A DNA stretch of 62,941 nucleotides, filler included, from Reticulomyxa filosa (lineage: Eukaryota > Protista > Foraminifera), in the NCBI GenBank assembly GCA_000512085.1. It is 18 parts of 18 records of this genome, joined end to end, with 100 filler letters (N's around TTAATTAATTAA, not from the genome) between each part and the next. Parts side by side here need not be neighbours in the genome. Positions count along the whole stretch, not along the records: positions 1 to 7,075 come from ASPP01018791.1; positions 7,176 to 15,239 come from ASPP01023953.1; 16 more parts are not named here. One strand, given 5' to 3'. The position numbers and the translations under genes were made by a program. Below, one piece after another: positions 1-13,400 of the stretch; positions within the stretch are counted from its first letter, which is position 1; each line of letters opens with the position of its first letter. Under the pieces are notes generated by a model. It worked only from the letters and a program-made list of their open reading frames with translations. It had not been told where the DNA came from and searched no databases.

Positions 1-88
1 GGGGAAAGAGAAGAGAAGGTAGCACTTTGCTTTCATCAAGGACTCACTTCAAACAAAAAAAAAAAAAAAAATGAACTTGTATGTAAAG

Positions 89-3048
89 CTGGAAAATCTG
101 TTAGTAGACAATAATGGAACGCTGAAAATAACCGACTTTGGTTTGTCGGGGTTGTACACGAGAGAAGGGAAGATGTTTCGCACTACGTTGGGTTCCCCCA
201 ATTACGTGGCACCGGAAGTGCTGAACGGAAGAGGATACGACGGGTTCAAAGCAGACATTTGGTCATGCGGTGTCATTTTGTATGCTTTGTTGGCTGGATG
301 TTCAGTTGTTGTTGTTGTTGTTGTCATCGTTGTTTCTTTCTTGTGTCTACATATATATATGTTCTCATAACTTACTTCATCTTTCGACGGTCAAGGCTTT
401 CTGCTTATATATGCATATATATATATGTGTATATGTATATATATATTTGTATTGGATAGTTTTGCCCTTTGACGAAGAAAACACGACATTGCTGTTTCAG
501 AAAATTTGTACTGCAGATTTCCAATATCCAGAGACCTTTGGAGGCAATGTCATTGGTAATGGATTGTATTTTTACATTGTATCCTTGTTTTGTTTTGTTT
601 TTTTTGAAGCTGTTGCGTCATACTGCGTTTGTTCTTTCTTTCCTTTGCAGATCTCTTGAACTCGATTTTCCAAATCGATCCCGAAAAACGAGCTACTATC
701 GAGCAAATCAAACAACATCCCTGGTTCAAAGGGTATGCATAACACGCGTATGTGCTACTTATAATATAATATAATATGTGAATATTGAAATATACAACTT
801 GGTCTTTTTTTTTTGTTTGAATATTTGTAAATAATGATTTAGATCGGAGTTGAACGAACAATCATCTCGAGAAGAAGCGCTGATGTTATCTCCGGAAGAA
901 GAAGCACAAGTAGAAAGCGCGATTGAAACAATCGAAAAGCACACCCCTCATTCGCATAAAAACGTGTCATTTGAGGACAGCTGTGGACAAAAGCTAGTCG
1001 ACCAATTGAAGCACGACCCCACTGGCGACGATGACAGCGACAATGAGACTGTGGTGACAGTGACGCCGACGCTAAGTGCAAAGCCAACAAAGTCGTATGG
1101 CCACAACAAACGGCCTTCTCAAGTATTGGAAATCAGGTTGGATGAAGATGAAAAATCCAATGAACAACAACAACAACACCACCACCACCAAAGTATGTTG
1201 AATGAAGTGAAAGAAGAAGAAGTGTTCCCCAAACGCAATTCCCTCCGTGTCCAAATCAGCGAGGTCGAAGACATCTCTGGCATGACCCAAAGACATTTAG
1301 GCACCGAACATGAAACCATCCGAGAAATCAGTCCATTACAGGACGATTCCTCCAGTCGAACTGCATCCCCTTCACCTAGAATGCAAGCTCAACCTATTCC
1401 GTTTAAGTGGACATCTTATATATTTTTGGACACACTCAAAAGTAAGACTAGCCAATTCACCACAAAACATAACACAAAAATTATTAGCGAGTTGTTTTTT
1501 TTATAAAAAAAAAAACAAAACACAAATGGCTGCGACACACATACACATAAATAATAACAACGCCTATGGAACTAATAATCACGATACCCCGATATACAAA
1601 TCTACGATTACAAACTATTGCAATGTGATAATCTCTATTAATACAACAACAACAAAATGGATTTGATAGGATGACTGCATTTGATTTAATTGGTATTGTA
1701 TCAACACAAATGTTGAACAATGTATTTACGCGGTCGTTAAAGGAAGAAAGGCCAATCAAAACGTATACGCGCTTTGTGACCAGCGCGCAACCGGCAAAGA
1801 TTTTATGGGCAATCGAACAATCCATTCAACGAATGGCCGACTGCAGCTCACGTGTCGAGGCTGACTGCTACGAATTACTTGTCACAAAGCGCTTCCCAAA
1901 CTCGAGCTCGAAAATCACTGCACATGTTGAATTATTTCATAGTCCTACTGGTCAATACATTGTCGAATGTCGACGTCAATCAAGTTAAAAAAAAAAAAAA
2001 AAAAAACGGGGGAGAAATTTTTTTTTAGAGGTGCAATAAATAAGTGAATAAATAAATAAAGGGAAATGTATTTCGCTACCACGAGTTCTTTCAAGAATTT
2101 CAAACTACGTACAAAGACGTAATGGAACAAATGACGACATCTCCTCCAACGACACCCGTAATGAACCCAGTACCGGTCCAAACGCACAAAAGGTCGTCGT
2201 CTTTACTGAAACCTTACCCTCTGAATATGACCAAATCAAAAATGGTGCAGGGTCATCACGGCAAGCGGAACTTGCGCCGTTACGACGAACAAGCTGCGAC
2301 GAGCGAACAAACCAACAATCGTGCCGAGCATGGGCGATCGACATCGGACGGGGCTGTGCTCAACGATTTTAGAAAAGTCATTGAAGACATTTCATACAGT
2401 GATGTCGATGAAGGACGGCGGTCCATGAAATGGGACCAAATGCCTGCACCATCGCTTCGGGACCTTGAAGCAGGGTTTTTTTTTTTTTTTTTTTTTGCTT
2501 TGAATTGAACCATTTTATAAATTATTCCAATCTCAACTTTCATTTTTTTTTTTTTTTGTTTGTTTGGGCAATGGATGATTGAAATGAATATTGAACCTTT
2601 GTCAGATAACACCCGCTTAAGTCCATCCAATGCGAAGCCCAATCTCTTAGGAAACAAGGGACCCGAATCGGACGGCGAAAATTACCATACGCATGGATAT
2701 AATATCAGTAACATTAGTGTAAATAGCATTGCAAGTAATACGTCATTGACGGCAAGCAGTCTCAATGAGTCCAGTCAGGCCGTGATGGTGACCGGAAGTA
2801 CAGCGACTGCTCACGGAAGTCCATTGATTTCGCAATATCGTTCCAGGGCTTCTACTCAAGACTCGATTGACAGCTATGACGTCAATTTCCAAGTCTTTGA
2901 ATCCAATCCCGATAAAGAAGCTGAACATGTGTCTTCCAAAGACCAGGCCAATGCATCAACGCAGTCTGTCAATGCTGCTGACAATGAAAATCTCTCTACT
3001 CATAACCCTGTCAATGCCAATACCCATTTATCTGTTCCTGGCTCTTGA
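89..3048 (+). CDS. CAMK-group Ser/Thr kinase, CIPK/SnRK3-like, multi-exon, 5'-partial
   Basis: Kinase subdomains VIb-IX ([36 protein letters not shown]). Removing intron 300-459 restores GFLPFDEE. A later exon has [18 protein letters not shown]. The exon from 1671 carries a NAF-like motif (MTAFDLI) and a KA1-like C-domain ([13 protein letters not shown]...VELF...YIVECRR). Downstream exon boundaries are approximate. Confidence 0.85.
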
Positions 3049-3628
3049 TTCTTTTTTTTTTCCCCCTTTTTTTTTTTTTTGTTGATGCAAAACAGTACAT
3101 AGCAAAAAAGAAGTATAATGTAGACATTTGCTTTTTTTTTTTGTCATCCAATTTTTTCAAATTGCTTTTTTTTTTTCCTACCCTTTTTTTTTTTGCTCTT
3201 GTAATCTGTTGTTATTGCTTGGTCAACAACAACACCATCCCCTTCTTCCAAGATGTTAATGTTTTCGACTGTCCATCGGAATGTGTTCCTCCCCCTAAAA
3301 TGTTTTTTTCCCCCCTTTTACCACGAACTTGCAGAACCACTGTTTTGTTTGGGATAATTTCTTAAAGTTTTTTTCTTTTGTGTTCAGGAATATTCAGACC
3401 AAAGACAACTAATTTATATACATCTTCTTGTTTCATCCGACCTTTTTTTGAATGGGCCTCTTTCTTCTTGGATCGAGTAATTAACAGAAAAACCGAACAT
3501 TGGGATCGTCCATAGTGCAGTTGCTTCTTAGGACAGTTTTGTAAGCAAAGAGTTTTTTTTGAGCAGAGAATGGGGGTCAAAAACAATAACAGCTTGAAGA
3601 GCAACAAAGATAATAAGGATAAAATAAA

Positions 3629-5646
3629 ATGTCACGACAGCCTCTGAAGCACACACTAACAGAAATGTTAAGAGATGATAATTTAATAAATTTAGTCCAG
3701 AGTGACGAAGAGCAAGAAAACAAATCGGTGAAGAGCAAGAAGAAAGTACAACAGGACGGTAAAAAGCAAGGCGAAGACAAGGATGGAATAAAAAAGGATC
3801 GGTCAGTGGTAGTCGTTCGTCCGTTGAAAAAAATGAGGTTGGAGACGGACCATTATGCATCGGGAAACGTGAGTACAAGACATGTTCGTCATGAGAAAAT
3901 CGAGACATCTGTATGTTCAAAAACGAGTCAAGCAAAAGTGGGAATCGGAACAGAGACAGGAACGGGAACAGAAACGTCTGGAACAACGACACCGACAACA
4001 ACGCTGACGAGGACAATTCCAACAAAGCAAAATGAAGAAGAAGAAGAAAAGGTACAAAAAGCGGGCGGAAACGAAAACGAGGGAGGTGGTCTGTCATTCA
4101 AGTGTTCAAGTTGTCGCGATTTGCTTTGTGGACGTATTTATCAATGTACAGAAGGACATTTGCTGTGCGAAGAGTGCCATGGTCGGATGACACAATGTCC
4201 ACAGTGTCACAAGTTGTTTCCAAAAGCAGAGAACGGAGGAATACGTAATCGAGCATTGGAGCAATTGTTGGAAAAGAGTATTTATTCGCATTTGAAACGA
4301 AAAGATAAGGACAAAGATAATGATCACCTCTCTTTAACCTCTTTTCTCCCTCCTCCTTCTCATGTCAAACAATGGTGGTCTTTCGAGCGTTTGGATGTAC
4401 TATGTCATGGGACGCACTTGGCAAGGACTCGAACACGTATACTGTGTCGTGGATTGCTCACATTCAACAGTGCACGTTTCGACCTGCCAGATGTCCCTTT
4501 GATGAGGACTGCACGTGGATTGGCACGTGGCAAGCCTTTACCAAACATTATGCGGACAAACATGCTGCCAAAGATAATCACACCGACCATATCCTCCCTT
4601 CCCCTCCTTTGCTTGACCATTCACACTCGAATCATTCTCAACACCAAATTCACGTAGATGAAGATAGTCATTGTTGTCATCCCCATCCTCCTTCTCCTTC
4701 CAAAATGTATGAATTTTCTCACTCCATCAAATTTCCTGGCTCCGCCGTCAAAGCCATTTTGCACTCTTTGCTATCCTCCAATTCACAGAAACAAGCAACA
4801 GAAAACATTAGCAACAATAACGGTAACAATAACAATGTCCTTTTTTTAAAATGGCAGAAAATCTGTCAGTTTGCTGACGGAGCAAAGTTTTTTTTATTGC
4901 TGCGGTTCATCGGAACGGAGTTGAGAGTGCTTTTGCGTTGCCTGAATCTGAAGCATATTTTCAATGAGGATGACTATATCTTAAAAACCATTGTTCCCTA
5001 TGTTCAAAAATATGAACAACATTTCATTGATTTTTATCAAAAGAATAACCAAGACTACAACAATAACAATAATAATAATAATAATAATAAAATAATAATA
5101 ATAATGAAATGAATCAGCATCTGCAATGCAGTAGCGACAAGCTGTATGTCGATCAGCTGTTGAGTTTGTTGCAATATCGCGAAAATTGTGAAAATTCAAT
5201 TTCTCATAAAATTGACGGCGCTTATGAAATTGAATTGATACCCTTTTACAATAGCTCTCATTCGCAGTCACATGCAAATGTAAGTGCAAATGAAGCAACC
5301 AAACCTGACAAAAATATGTGCCATTCAAAATTTGTGTGGCCTTGCTCTTTATACGACGCGACCGTAGGCACGAAATGGGAAGAAAAAAGCCACGAAGTGT
5401 GTAGAATCCCACTTGGAGTCATTCAACGCTTCTGGAGCTTGTCGCAAGGATTTGCTGGTACAGCTGCTAACTCTGACTCGGTTCATCTTGATGCTCAGCC
5501 CAACGCTTCTTTCAATCACAACAATCCTAGTAAACGAAAAAAACAGAGTCACAACAACGACTCCAATCAAAACGGAGGTGCTATCCTTAAATTAAAATTC
5601 CATGTTGTTATGGCTCCTTTGTCCAATACAAAGGTCTTAACCATTT
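3629..5646 (+). CDS. SIAH/SINA-like RING E3 ubiquitin ligase with apparent frameshifts near 4375 and 5090
   Basis: RING C-x2-C...YQCTEGHLLCEEC...CPQC, then IRNRALEQL and a SIAH-type zinc finger (FGC...HIQQCTFRPARCPFDEDCTWIG...H...H). Three overlapping ORFs in different frames. Confidence 0.75.
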
Positions 5647-6289
5647 AATCAGTCTTTTTTTTAAATTGCTTTCGTTTTTTTAAATTATCAAAAACTAATC
5701 ACAGAATCACTTACTCACGTAAATACGTTGTAACCAGAATTGTTTTGTTTTTTCTTTTTTTTTGTTATTTTTGCCAACTAGATCAGTGTTCATGTTCCTC
5801 ACGCTCGTAGTCATAAATTACTAACTTATAAAATGTGAAATTTAGCAAACTATGTGATAACAAAGAGCATAAAATGAATTTAAAAATTAAAATACAAGCA
5901 CATACGCAAGATAACAAAACAAAGAAGAAAATTTTTCAATCATCAAGAACCAATTAAACATAAGTTCTATATTACTTTAAATTTCACTAAAACAACAAAA
6001 TTTAAAAAAGTAAGATGAAAGAACTTTTCACATGTTAAATAATAAAAGAAGGGATAAACGACCACAACGAACGAAATCCTTTGTAGCAAACTGACAAAAT
6101 TGTACCATAACAAATAAAAAAGACCTTCAAAACTTGTGAATAATGTTATTCTAAGTTTGTACAACTACACAAAAGAAGCTGGTCAAATGATTGATTAAGA
6201 AATGATTACAGTACATAGATTTGTCGTGTTTTTGATGTTGTGGCTTCCACATATCATAGTATGCAAAAAAAAACAGTACGATATAATGC

Positions 6290-6450
6290 TACTTTATGAA
6301 GATGATTGATTTCTTCACGAAAAAACAACATTCAGACATAATTTTTTAAAAAAATATATACACATGTTGAAGTCTTAAATATGATACTGACTTTTAAATA
6401 AAGTCATTTTAGGTTAAACAATTTTCCTTTTACAATTTTTAAAAAATTTT
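6290..6450 (+). repeat. Dispersed repeat, also present at ~52417-52575
   Basis: tactttatgaagatgattgatttcttcacgaaaaaacaacatt matches tactttatgaagataatcgattttctccatgaaaaacaaacatt, and the similarity continues for ~150 bp. Confidence 0.65.
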
Positions 6451-6730
6451 TTTTTACCACTTTGTTGACTTTCATTTGGTGTAAATAATAGTTTGTTCGT
6501 TTTGGCATTGATTCAATTATACTTTTTACAACACTTGTTCAAATTTTTTACATAGTTGTTGTCTTTTTTTTATATAGTAAATTCAATAATTTCCATATAA
6601 ATTAAGCTTTGGCTTTGTCTTATTTGTGATTGTGTAAAGGCAATTTGATTTCAAAGATCTTGCTATTGTCGAACAAGAAACTTTAATTTTGCAAACTAAT
6701 GTAGTTCTAGCATAATTTCTAGCAAACCTT
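6450..6730 (-). mobile_element. Internally deleted, decayed Tc1/mariner transposase relic
   Basis: Minus-strand translation gives VSCSTIARSLKSNCLY...KPKL (Tc1 HTH-like) followed closely by SIIESMPKR, resembling the Tc1 C-terminus LIASMPRR at 51250-51290. Confidence 0.5.
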
Positions 6731-7075
6731 ATAAATTTTCAACTGCAATGATACATTATTATTAAAAAATATTATGAAAAGTGTGTTGCATGTTATGTAA
6801 TCAGGACATATAATTTCATTTAATTATTATAAAATAGAATTATACAATAAAAATAAACAAATTGTTGTCCAATGCAAGTGCATTTTATTTTTATATTTAT
6901 TTTAAAAATATTTTCACAACGTACATTATACAGAAAAGCGGTACATATATACTATTTTCATTTTACATCAATGACACTTTTTTTTTTGAAAAAAATATTT
7001 TTTGCCAGAATGATAAAAATACGAAATTATTTATTGACTTATTTGTTCAACAAAAAGGTATATAACAAATAAAAA

Positions 7076-7175
7076 NNNNNNNNNNNNNNNNNNNNNNNNN
7101 NNNNNNNNNNNNNNNNNNNTTAATTAATTAANNNNNNNNNNNNNNNNNNNNNNNNNNNNNNNNNNNNNNNNNNNN
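7076..7175. other. Artificial contig-joining spacer (N-TTAATTAATTAA-N), first of 17
   Basis: The same six-frame-stop linker occurs at ~7120, 15284, 19035, 22902, 26203, 29439, 31013, 32765, 47287, 49407, 51153, 53423, 55198, 56354, 58439, 60664 and 61886. Confidence 0.98.
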
Positions 7176-7215
<40 letters not shown>

Positions 7216-7234
7216 GTGTATGTTATGTGAACAT

Positions 7235-7910
7235 ACCAAATCATATGTGCCAAATGTTCAGCAGCGTCGACATCACCCTGATCGACGGCTTGTCTGAGCA
7301 ATTCATGTGCGCGCTCAAAGTTTTGTGGTTGTCCACGCAATCCATACAAATGATTTGGCCCAAATAATTTTGCGCCCACATTTGACCAGTGTTGGCCTGC
7401 TGTTGAATGAACAGCAACTCCTCGTTGTCGATATGTAGCGTCTCGTCTTCGCTGATGCCCAGTTCGGGGTCGTATTGCCACGACTCTTCGCCCGTGGCAA
7501 ATGTGTTGAGCGGTGTGCCATCGCTCGAATATTTGCGCGACAGATCGACAGTTTGCACCATCTTTTCAAACGGCGCAAACATGTCGATGACGTCACTGGC
7601 GGCAATGTCATAATATCTCATGGCTTCGTCACATAACAAATCAATCGACATATTTGCAGGCGATGAGTCGGCTATTGCAAGAAGATGCGAGTACTCGGAT
7701 ACATGCATTGCCGTTCGCCATCCCAAGACCAAACTACTTGCTGCATCGCCAATGATCACGCCGTCCATGAAATACGTATCGTCATTCCTCAAAAAACCCA
7801 ACTCGAAACATGCACTTGGATAGCCCAAAACATAGCTCAGTCGCAAGTATTGCAGACTTCGATGATATATGATGTCATACTCGTCATGCACATCAGCAGT
7901 CGGATGAGTA

Positions 7911-7944
<34 letters not shown>

Positions 7945-9926
7945 GGTCGCCACTGGAATAATAGAGCCACACGCCAATGTTGTGCAATGCTTTGGCAAGT
8001 AAATAACGATGTCCCGATACTGTCCATAACAATGACTGATACAATTGTACGATATGTTGCTCAGCATTGGAGGGTGCTTGTGTAATCATTACTGCTTGCA
8101 CCAATGTCCATAGCCACGACGGCTTGGAATGCTGCTCCGCGACTGGTGGTCTCCTCCCCCACTGCAGCTGCTGGAGTTGCTCCAATATTACTTTGCTTGT
8201 CGTCCACACGCTGCCATTTAATTGCTTCTGGGATGTCTCGTCCTCATTGTCGTCTTCCAACACGTAGTCCATCACACGCAAGTGTCCGTCTTTGGTCACG
8301 TATACCATCACCAACGGGTGCAAATACGAACAGCGATACATTCCAATCATCTCATTATTCATCGCGTTGCGAATTATAAACACATGTCCGTCCACTGCTT
8401 GGCGAGACAGTATTGTTACCTCATTTTCAAGTATTGTATCTTTCATTTTTTTTTTTTTGGAGTGTGACATATCTTAGACACATTACAATATATATATATA
8501 TATACATACATATACATACATACATGTATATGTATATGTATATCACCTTGCACATGTTCTTGACCAGCATCGTCGATCCAGATAATAGTCAAAGGCTTCA
8601 AGAAAGGAAAGTTTTGAAATAAGACGGTGACGTCGCCCCATCCATTAAGACTCTGGTACGTATGGCCAAGCGCTGCCATCTGTTGGACATCTTCCTTCCC
8701 ATACACTTCTACACCCCACAAAACAAAGTTAAACTCTCTCTCTCTCTTTCTCTCACACACACAATGATAGTGCAAAAGATAGTCAAACGGTTACAACAAA
8801 ACATAAAGTGCATACTGTGATCGTCCCATTCTCGAACGTAGTGTTCATCTGATTGTTTTGCCCAAAAAAAAAAAAACAACATAAACAAATACACAAATTA
8901 GACTGCATCACATACATAATGTATGTACATACATATGTTTATGTATATATGTTTATGGTATGTATATAATATCGAATATAGGTAGACTAAGTTCATACAC
9001 ACCGTTCCATGTGGACAAAGTATAAAAGTCTTGTTGCAACAAATCCGAAAGAGGTTCCGTGATTGTCAAAGTGAAGATGGGTATGTAATTCGAAACCTGA
9101 TTGAAAAGCAGGAGAGGATTTTGATTGGTTGACAAAGGAGATGATGTGTTCGGTGGATATGGGGTTGAAAGTTGTTGCAACAATTCAGTGTCAACACACA
9201 CTGGCCGACATTCGGGTACGTAGGAGAGCACACATAAATTGTAATACGATTGCTCTTTTTCAAAAGATTGACTCCCAATCAATTCACTTTTGTCACATGC
9301 ATCTCTCATGTCTCCATAATGAGTCCGACGTTGTTCCAATGTTGTTGCAACTACTTCGTCCACAGAGACGTGAGCAGAGATCCTTTGCACAAAAAAAAAA
9401 TGAGTGCAGAACAAATTTTCATCACAATGCTCCATGCACATTTGGACATCTTCTTTGCTTGTGTCTTCGATGTGAGTTGGATCTATCCATTGTTGGTACA
9501 AAGAAAATTGTTGTTGTACTCCTGTCTTATCTCTATCTTTCGTTTCGGCATAATTGCATGCTGTGTTGCTGAAATGTGAAAGTCCTGTGAGGGGATCGAT
9601 CCGAGTGTAGACTGGAAACTCGGTTATACATTTTGGACTTCGACAAGACACTGCACAAAAATGTCTGATTATGTCATTTCTTACACATTCTCCATCACGA
9701 GCCCATTGTTGACACATTATGTCCATGTCCTTGCATTGCTGTACTTCTGAAAGATCACACATTTTTTATGCATATGTTCGTAGTTTTAGAGAAAAGAACT
9801 CAAGGCTTACAGAATAGAGCCAACACACACGCAAGGACCTGTTAGTGAGGCCTTTCCAACGAAAAAAATAAGGAAAAAAATTAATGTATTCAAACTAGTT
9901 GCTAATTTGCAACGTAAGATTGACAT
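7235..9926 (-). CDS. Secretory-pathway SEL1-repeat protein (SEL1L/HRD3-like) with an N-terminal ShKT-like Cys domain; multi-exon, 3'-partial
   Basis: Putative hydrophobic N-terminal exon (MSILRCKLATSLNTLIFFLIFF). ShKT-like CKDMDIMCQQWARDGECVRN...FCAVSC. SEL1 features: CDEAMRYYDIAA, IQQQANTGQMWAQNYLG, HLYGLRGQPQNFERAHELLRQAVDQGDVDA. Confidence 0.65.
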
Positions 9927-10489
9927 TTGTTGTCAAAAAAATTTTCATTGTATCCCCTTTGAAAAACAATCTTTCCTAAACAATACAAGATAGCTGTTTG
10001 TATCTGATTTCATTATTTCAAAAGTCAACTTTTACTCGCATTCTTTTTTTTTTTGCCGTATCTAAGTATGATACAAGGCTGAGAAAAACAATTAAATATG
10101 TTTATATGGAATTGTGCATAAGAAGTTAAAAAAAAGAATTAAATATTAAAAGGAAGCAAAATAAAATAATAATAATAAATATTAGGATTTTAAATAGTAC
10201 CTTGCAGTACATATGGTTATCCAATGTGTGGTATGATTATCGTATGCGTTTTTTCGACCTACACGTCACAAAAATTACTAATTTTTTTGAGAATATACAC
10301 CGAAGCAAAAATTGTACCGAGTTGGATTGTATTTTTGAAAATAATTTATATGTGATGCAATTATGTATTGAAGGACTAGTACAAGAACAATTCAGTTCAT
10401 TAGGGTCACATTTGGTGAATTATACTTTTCTTGCATCACTTTAAATGAGAAATATTTGCTTCATCAGCAAATTCATTCCGACTTTGGTG

Positions 10490-13400
10490 TTATGTCTTTG
10501 ATTTCATTATAAAATTGTAATTCAGTCTCAGTTCTACCCAATTTTTTCCTCCATTCTGTGATAACTTGTTCGTCCACTTTTTCTTTTTTTTGGGTAATAA
10601 TTCGCTCTCGTTGATCACTTTCTCTTTTTCATTTAACTCTTTTCGAGCTATTTCATTTCGCAAATGTGTCTCTGCTTCCAAGGTGTCTTTAATTACAAAT
10701 CGAATGACTTTGGTCATTTGTTCGCCGTTTATGGACATTCCCTGTCTTACTGCTCTTCCTACGGCTTGTCTAATAAAAGTGGGAAAAAAAGATTACTTTT
10801 TTAATTTTGGAACGAGATCTACAAACACGTTTACTCTCCCTACATACATATGCATATATATATACAATACAATAAAATGTTTTATTTGTAATACCTTTCT
10901 GCCGACCAAGATTCTGATGATGTGCCTGGGACTGGATCAACCAGGATCACATGGGTTGCCAAAGTTAAATTTGCCCCTGAAGCTGCGTGTCTTTGATATT
11001 TTCCAATGTAATTATTTGTATGTTCGTTCGGCAAAAAAAAGAAAAAGATGTCAAATTTGTAGTGGCCAATTACAAACCTGATGGAAAGTAAAATAACCCT
11101 TGCTGTTTTGGTATCGACTTCGGCCTCTTTTTCCTCTTGTTTATTGATTATATCTTTTTCATTAACATTTTCTTGAAACGCTTTGATCGCCTGTCGTCTC
11201 GCGTGAACAGTGCCTGCACACACAGTAGCGTTAATCGATTGTCCATGCAATTTTGCTTTGATATCACGCAACAACGAGTCCCATAACGAAAAAATAATAA
11301 CACGATTTTTAGGATCAGTTAGCACTTCTCTTACAAATGCTATTAAATGTGCCTGTTTTGTGCCGTATTGCAAAGCCATAGACAAATCTGGTTTGTTGAG
11401 TTCATGCGTTAGATGTTCGTATCCTTTTTCCCATTCTTTCATAGTTTCCTTGATTCGTGCTTGTTTTACCATTTCAAATTCTCGTCCCATATTTTGTATT
11501 CGTCTTGCCATTGAGACAATACTTAATTGAGCCATTTTTATTTTATTTCCCAAATTTTGGTATTTATGCAAGTCCTCTTTTGTTTGTTTGAATCACGTGT
11601 GTAAACATTCTTTTTTTTTTTTGAAGAATATCATGTTCATCAAGACAAAATACCTGCAGGAAACGCTTGTCGAATATTCCAAACTTCGCCTTTGTCCAGA
11701 AATTCTTTTTTTTGTTATCCAATCCCTTTTTATAATCCAATTGTTGTCGTACATATTGTTTTTTTTGTTCCAATTTTGCTTCGATATCACTCAGAGTTCT
11801 TTCATATTTCTCAATTGTACCTTTTTATTTTTTATTTTAAGGTGCTGTTTCATGTAATATTCTTCTCATCTAAATTGAGGATAGGTTTTTTTTTTTTTTA
11901 AAAAAAAAAAGCATACAGATTTGTTTAATTATGTGAATGCACTAACGTTCATAAAGTTCAATAAAGTAATGTTCATAAGTCTTTTGAGAAAATTTCCAGT
12001 AATAATCAACAAAACTATGTTCAAAATGGGAATACAATCCTGCACATAGCTTTCTTTCTAATTTCTGTTGGCATTTGTATTGCGATTTCAAAGCATATGT
12101 TTTTCCAAACAAACAAACAAAAAAAAGAAAACGTAAGCACAACGTACCATATCTTCAAATGGAGTACCTCGTCTATTCTTGACAACGTCGTATAATAGTC
12201 TTTCAATTGGATTGAATTCAAGCCATATGACATCTGTAAAGCATTCCATGTATACTTATTATATGATATATACATATACATGTATATGTATATGTATATG
12301 TATATATCATAAACATAAATACCTTCCATAACATCAGGCAAAAAATCGTCCTTTCCCACTGACGACTCTGTATGTCTCGAAAATAAGTGGTTATGCAAAA
12401 TCGAATGCAAAACATATCCAATGGGTCTATCAATGGTTTCGACTGTCCACATTTCCTTTTTTTTTGTGGATTTGCCAAGCTCTTTTTTGGCTTCAGAATC
12501 GGCCCACGCGATTTGCAAGAATTGCGCACAAGCAGCAACACTGGCACGCGTTGGAAATGGAGTCCCGCTCAGATACCATCGAAACGAACTTGAAAAATAG
12601 CATATCCTATTGAAGAGGGTTCGGTTGCTGCAATAATCCGGGGCCTCGTCCAATATTATTCGATACCAATGGAAAAAATTTAAATTGGGTGCGCATTGAT
12701 GCAAATCAAACAAGCTTTTTTCTGACCGACGAGTTTTGGCTCGACTGCTTTCCGTGTTCATTTCCTTTGCAGAGTCTGGATTCAGTTGCATCCACAATGG
12801 TCTCAATTCCTCTGCACCCGATGTTTTGAAGCTTCTGTTTCCCACAAATTGAGCGGATAAAAGAACTAGTTGAGCATTCAAAATGTCTGATTTCAAAAAA
12901 AAAACAAAAACAAGCAAGCAAACATAAAAAGCACTTGCATTTCCAATAGCCCAAAACAAATTGTATAAACACGTACCATTATAAGTGATATTCTCATATT
13001 CCTTGCTTACTGTAATTTTTATTACATTGATCAAATCAGCAACAAAATGCTTTTTCAGTTGATTATGCCATTGATCTACAACATGCGACGGCGCAATTAC
13101 CAAGGTGGCCGCCGTTGTTATTGTGCACGAGTTCTTGTCAGGTCCGGGTTCCACCTGTCAAAGCATTCACTTTTAATGTCATATCAACAACAATACATAA
13201 AATACGCATTGGGGTTATAGTATTGTGCTACAAACCTTGCCCTCATTCGTGAAAGAGGTTGCAGTGATATCTCCTCGAAATGGATGTGAAGCCATCAATG
13301 ATAACATTGTCAACGTCTTTCCAAGTCCGACATCGTCCGCTAATTTGAGGATAGAGTTACACTTTACAACTCAGGATTTGAAAAAAACTTATTTAAAAAA

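Noticed and set aside
5095-5115. AAA-TGA as a Euplotes-style +1 programmed frameshift
   Set aside because: The downstream ORF is not in the +1 frame, and an indel in the (AAT)n run explains the break.
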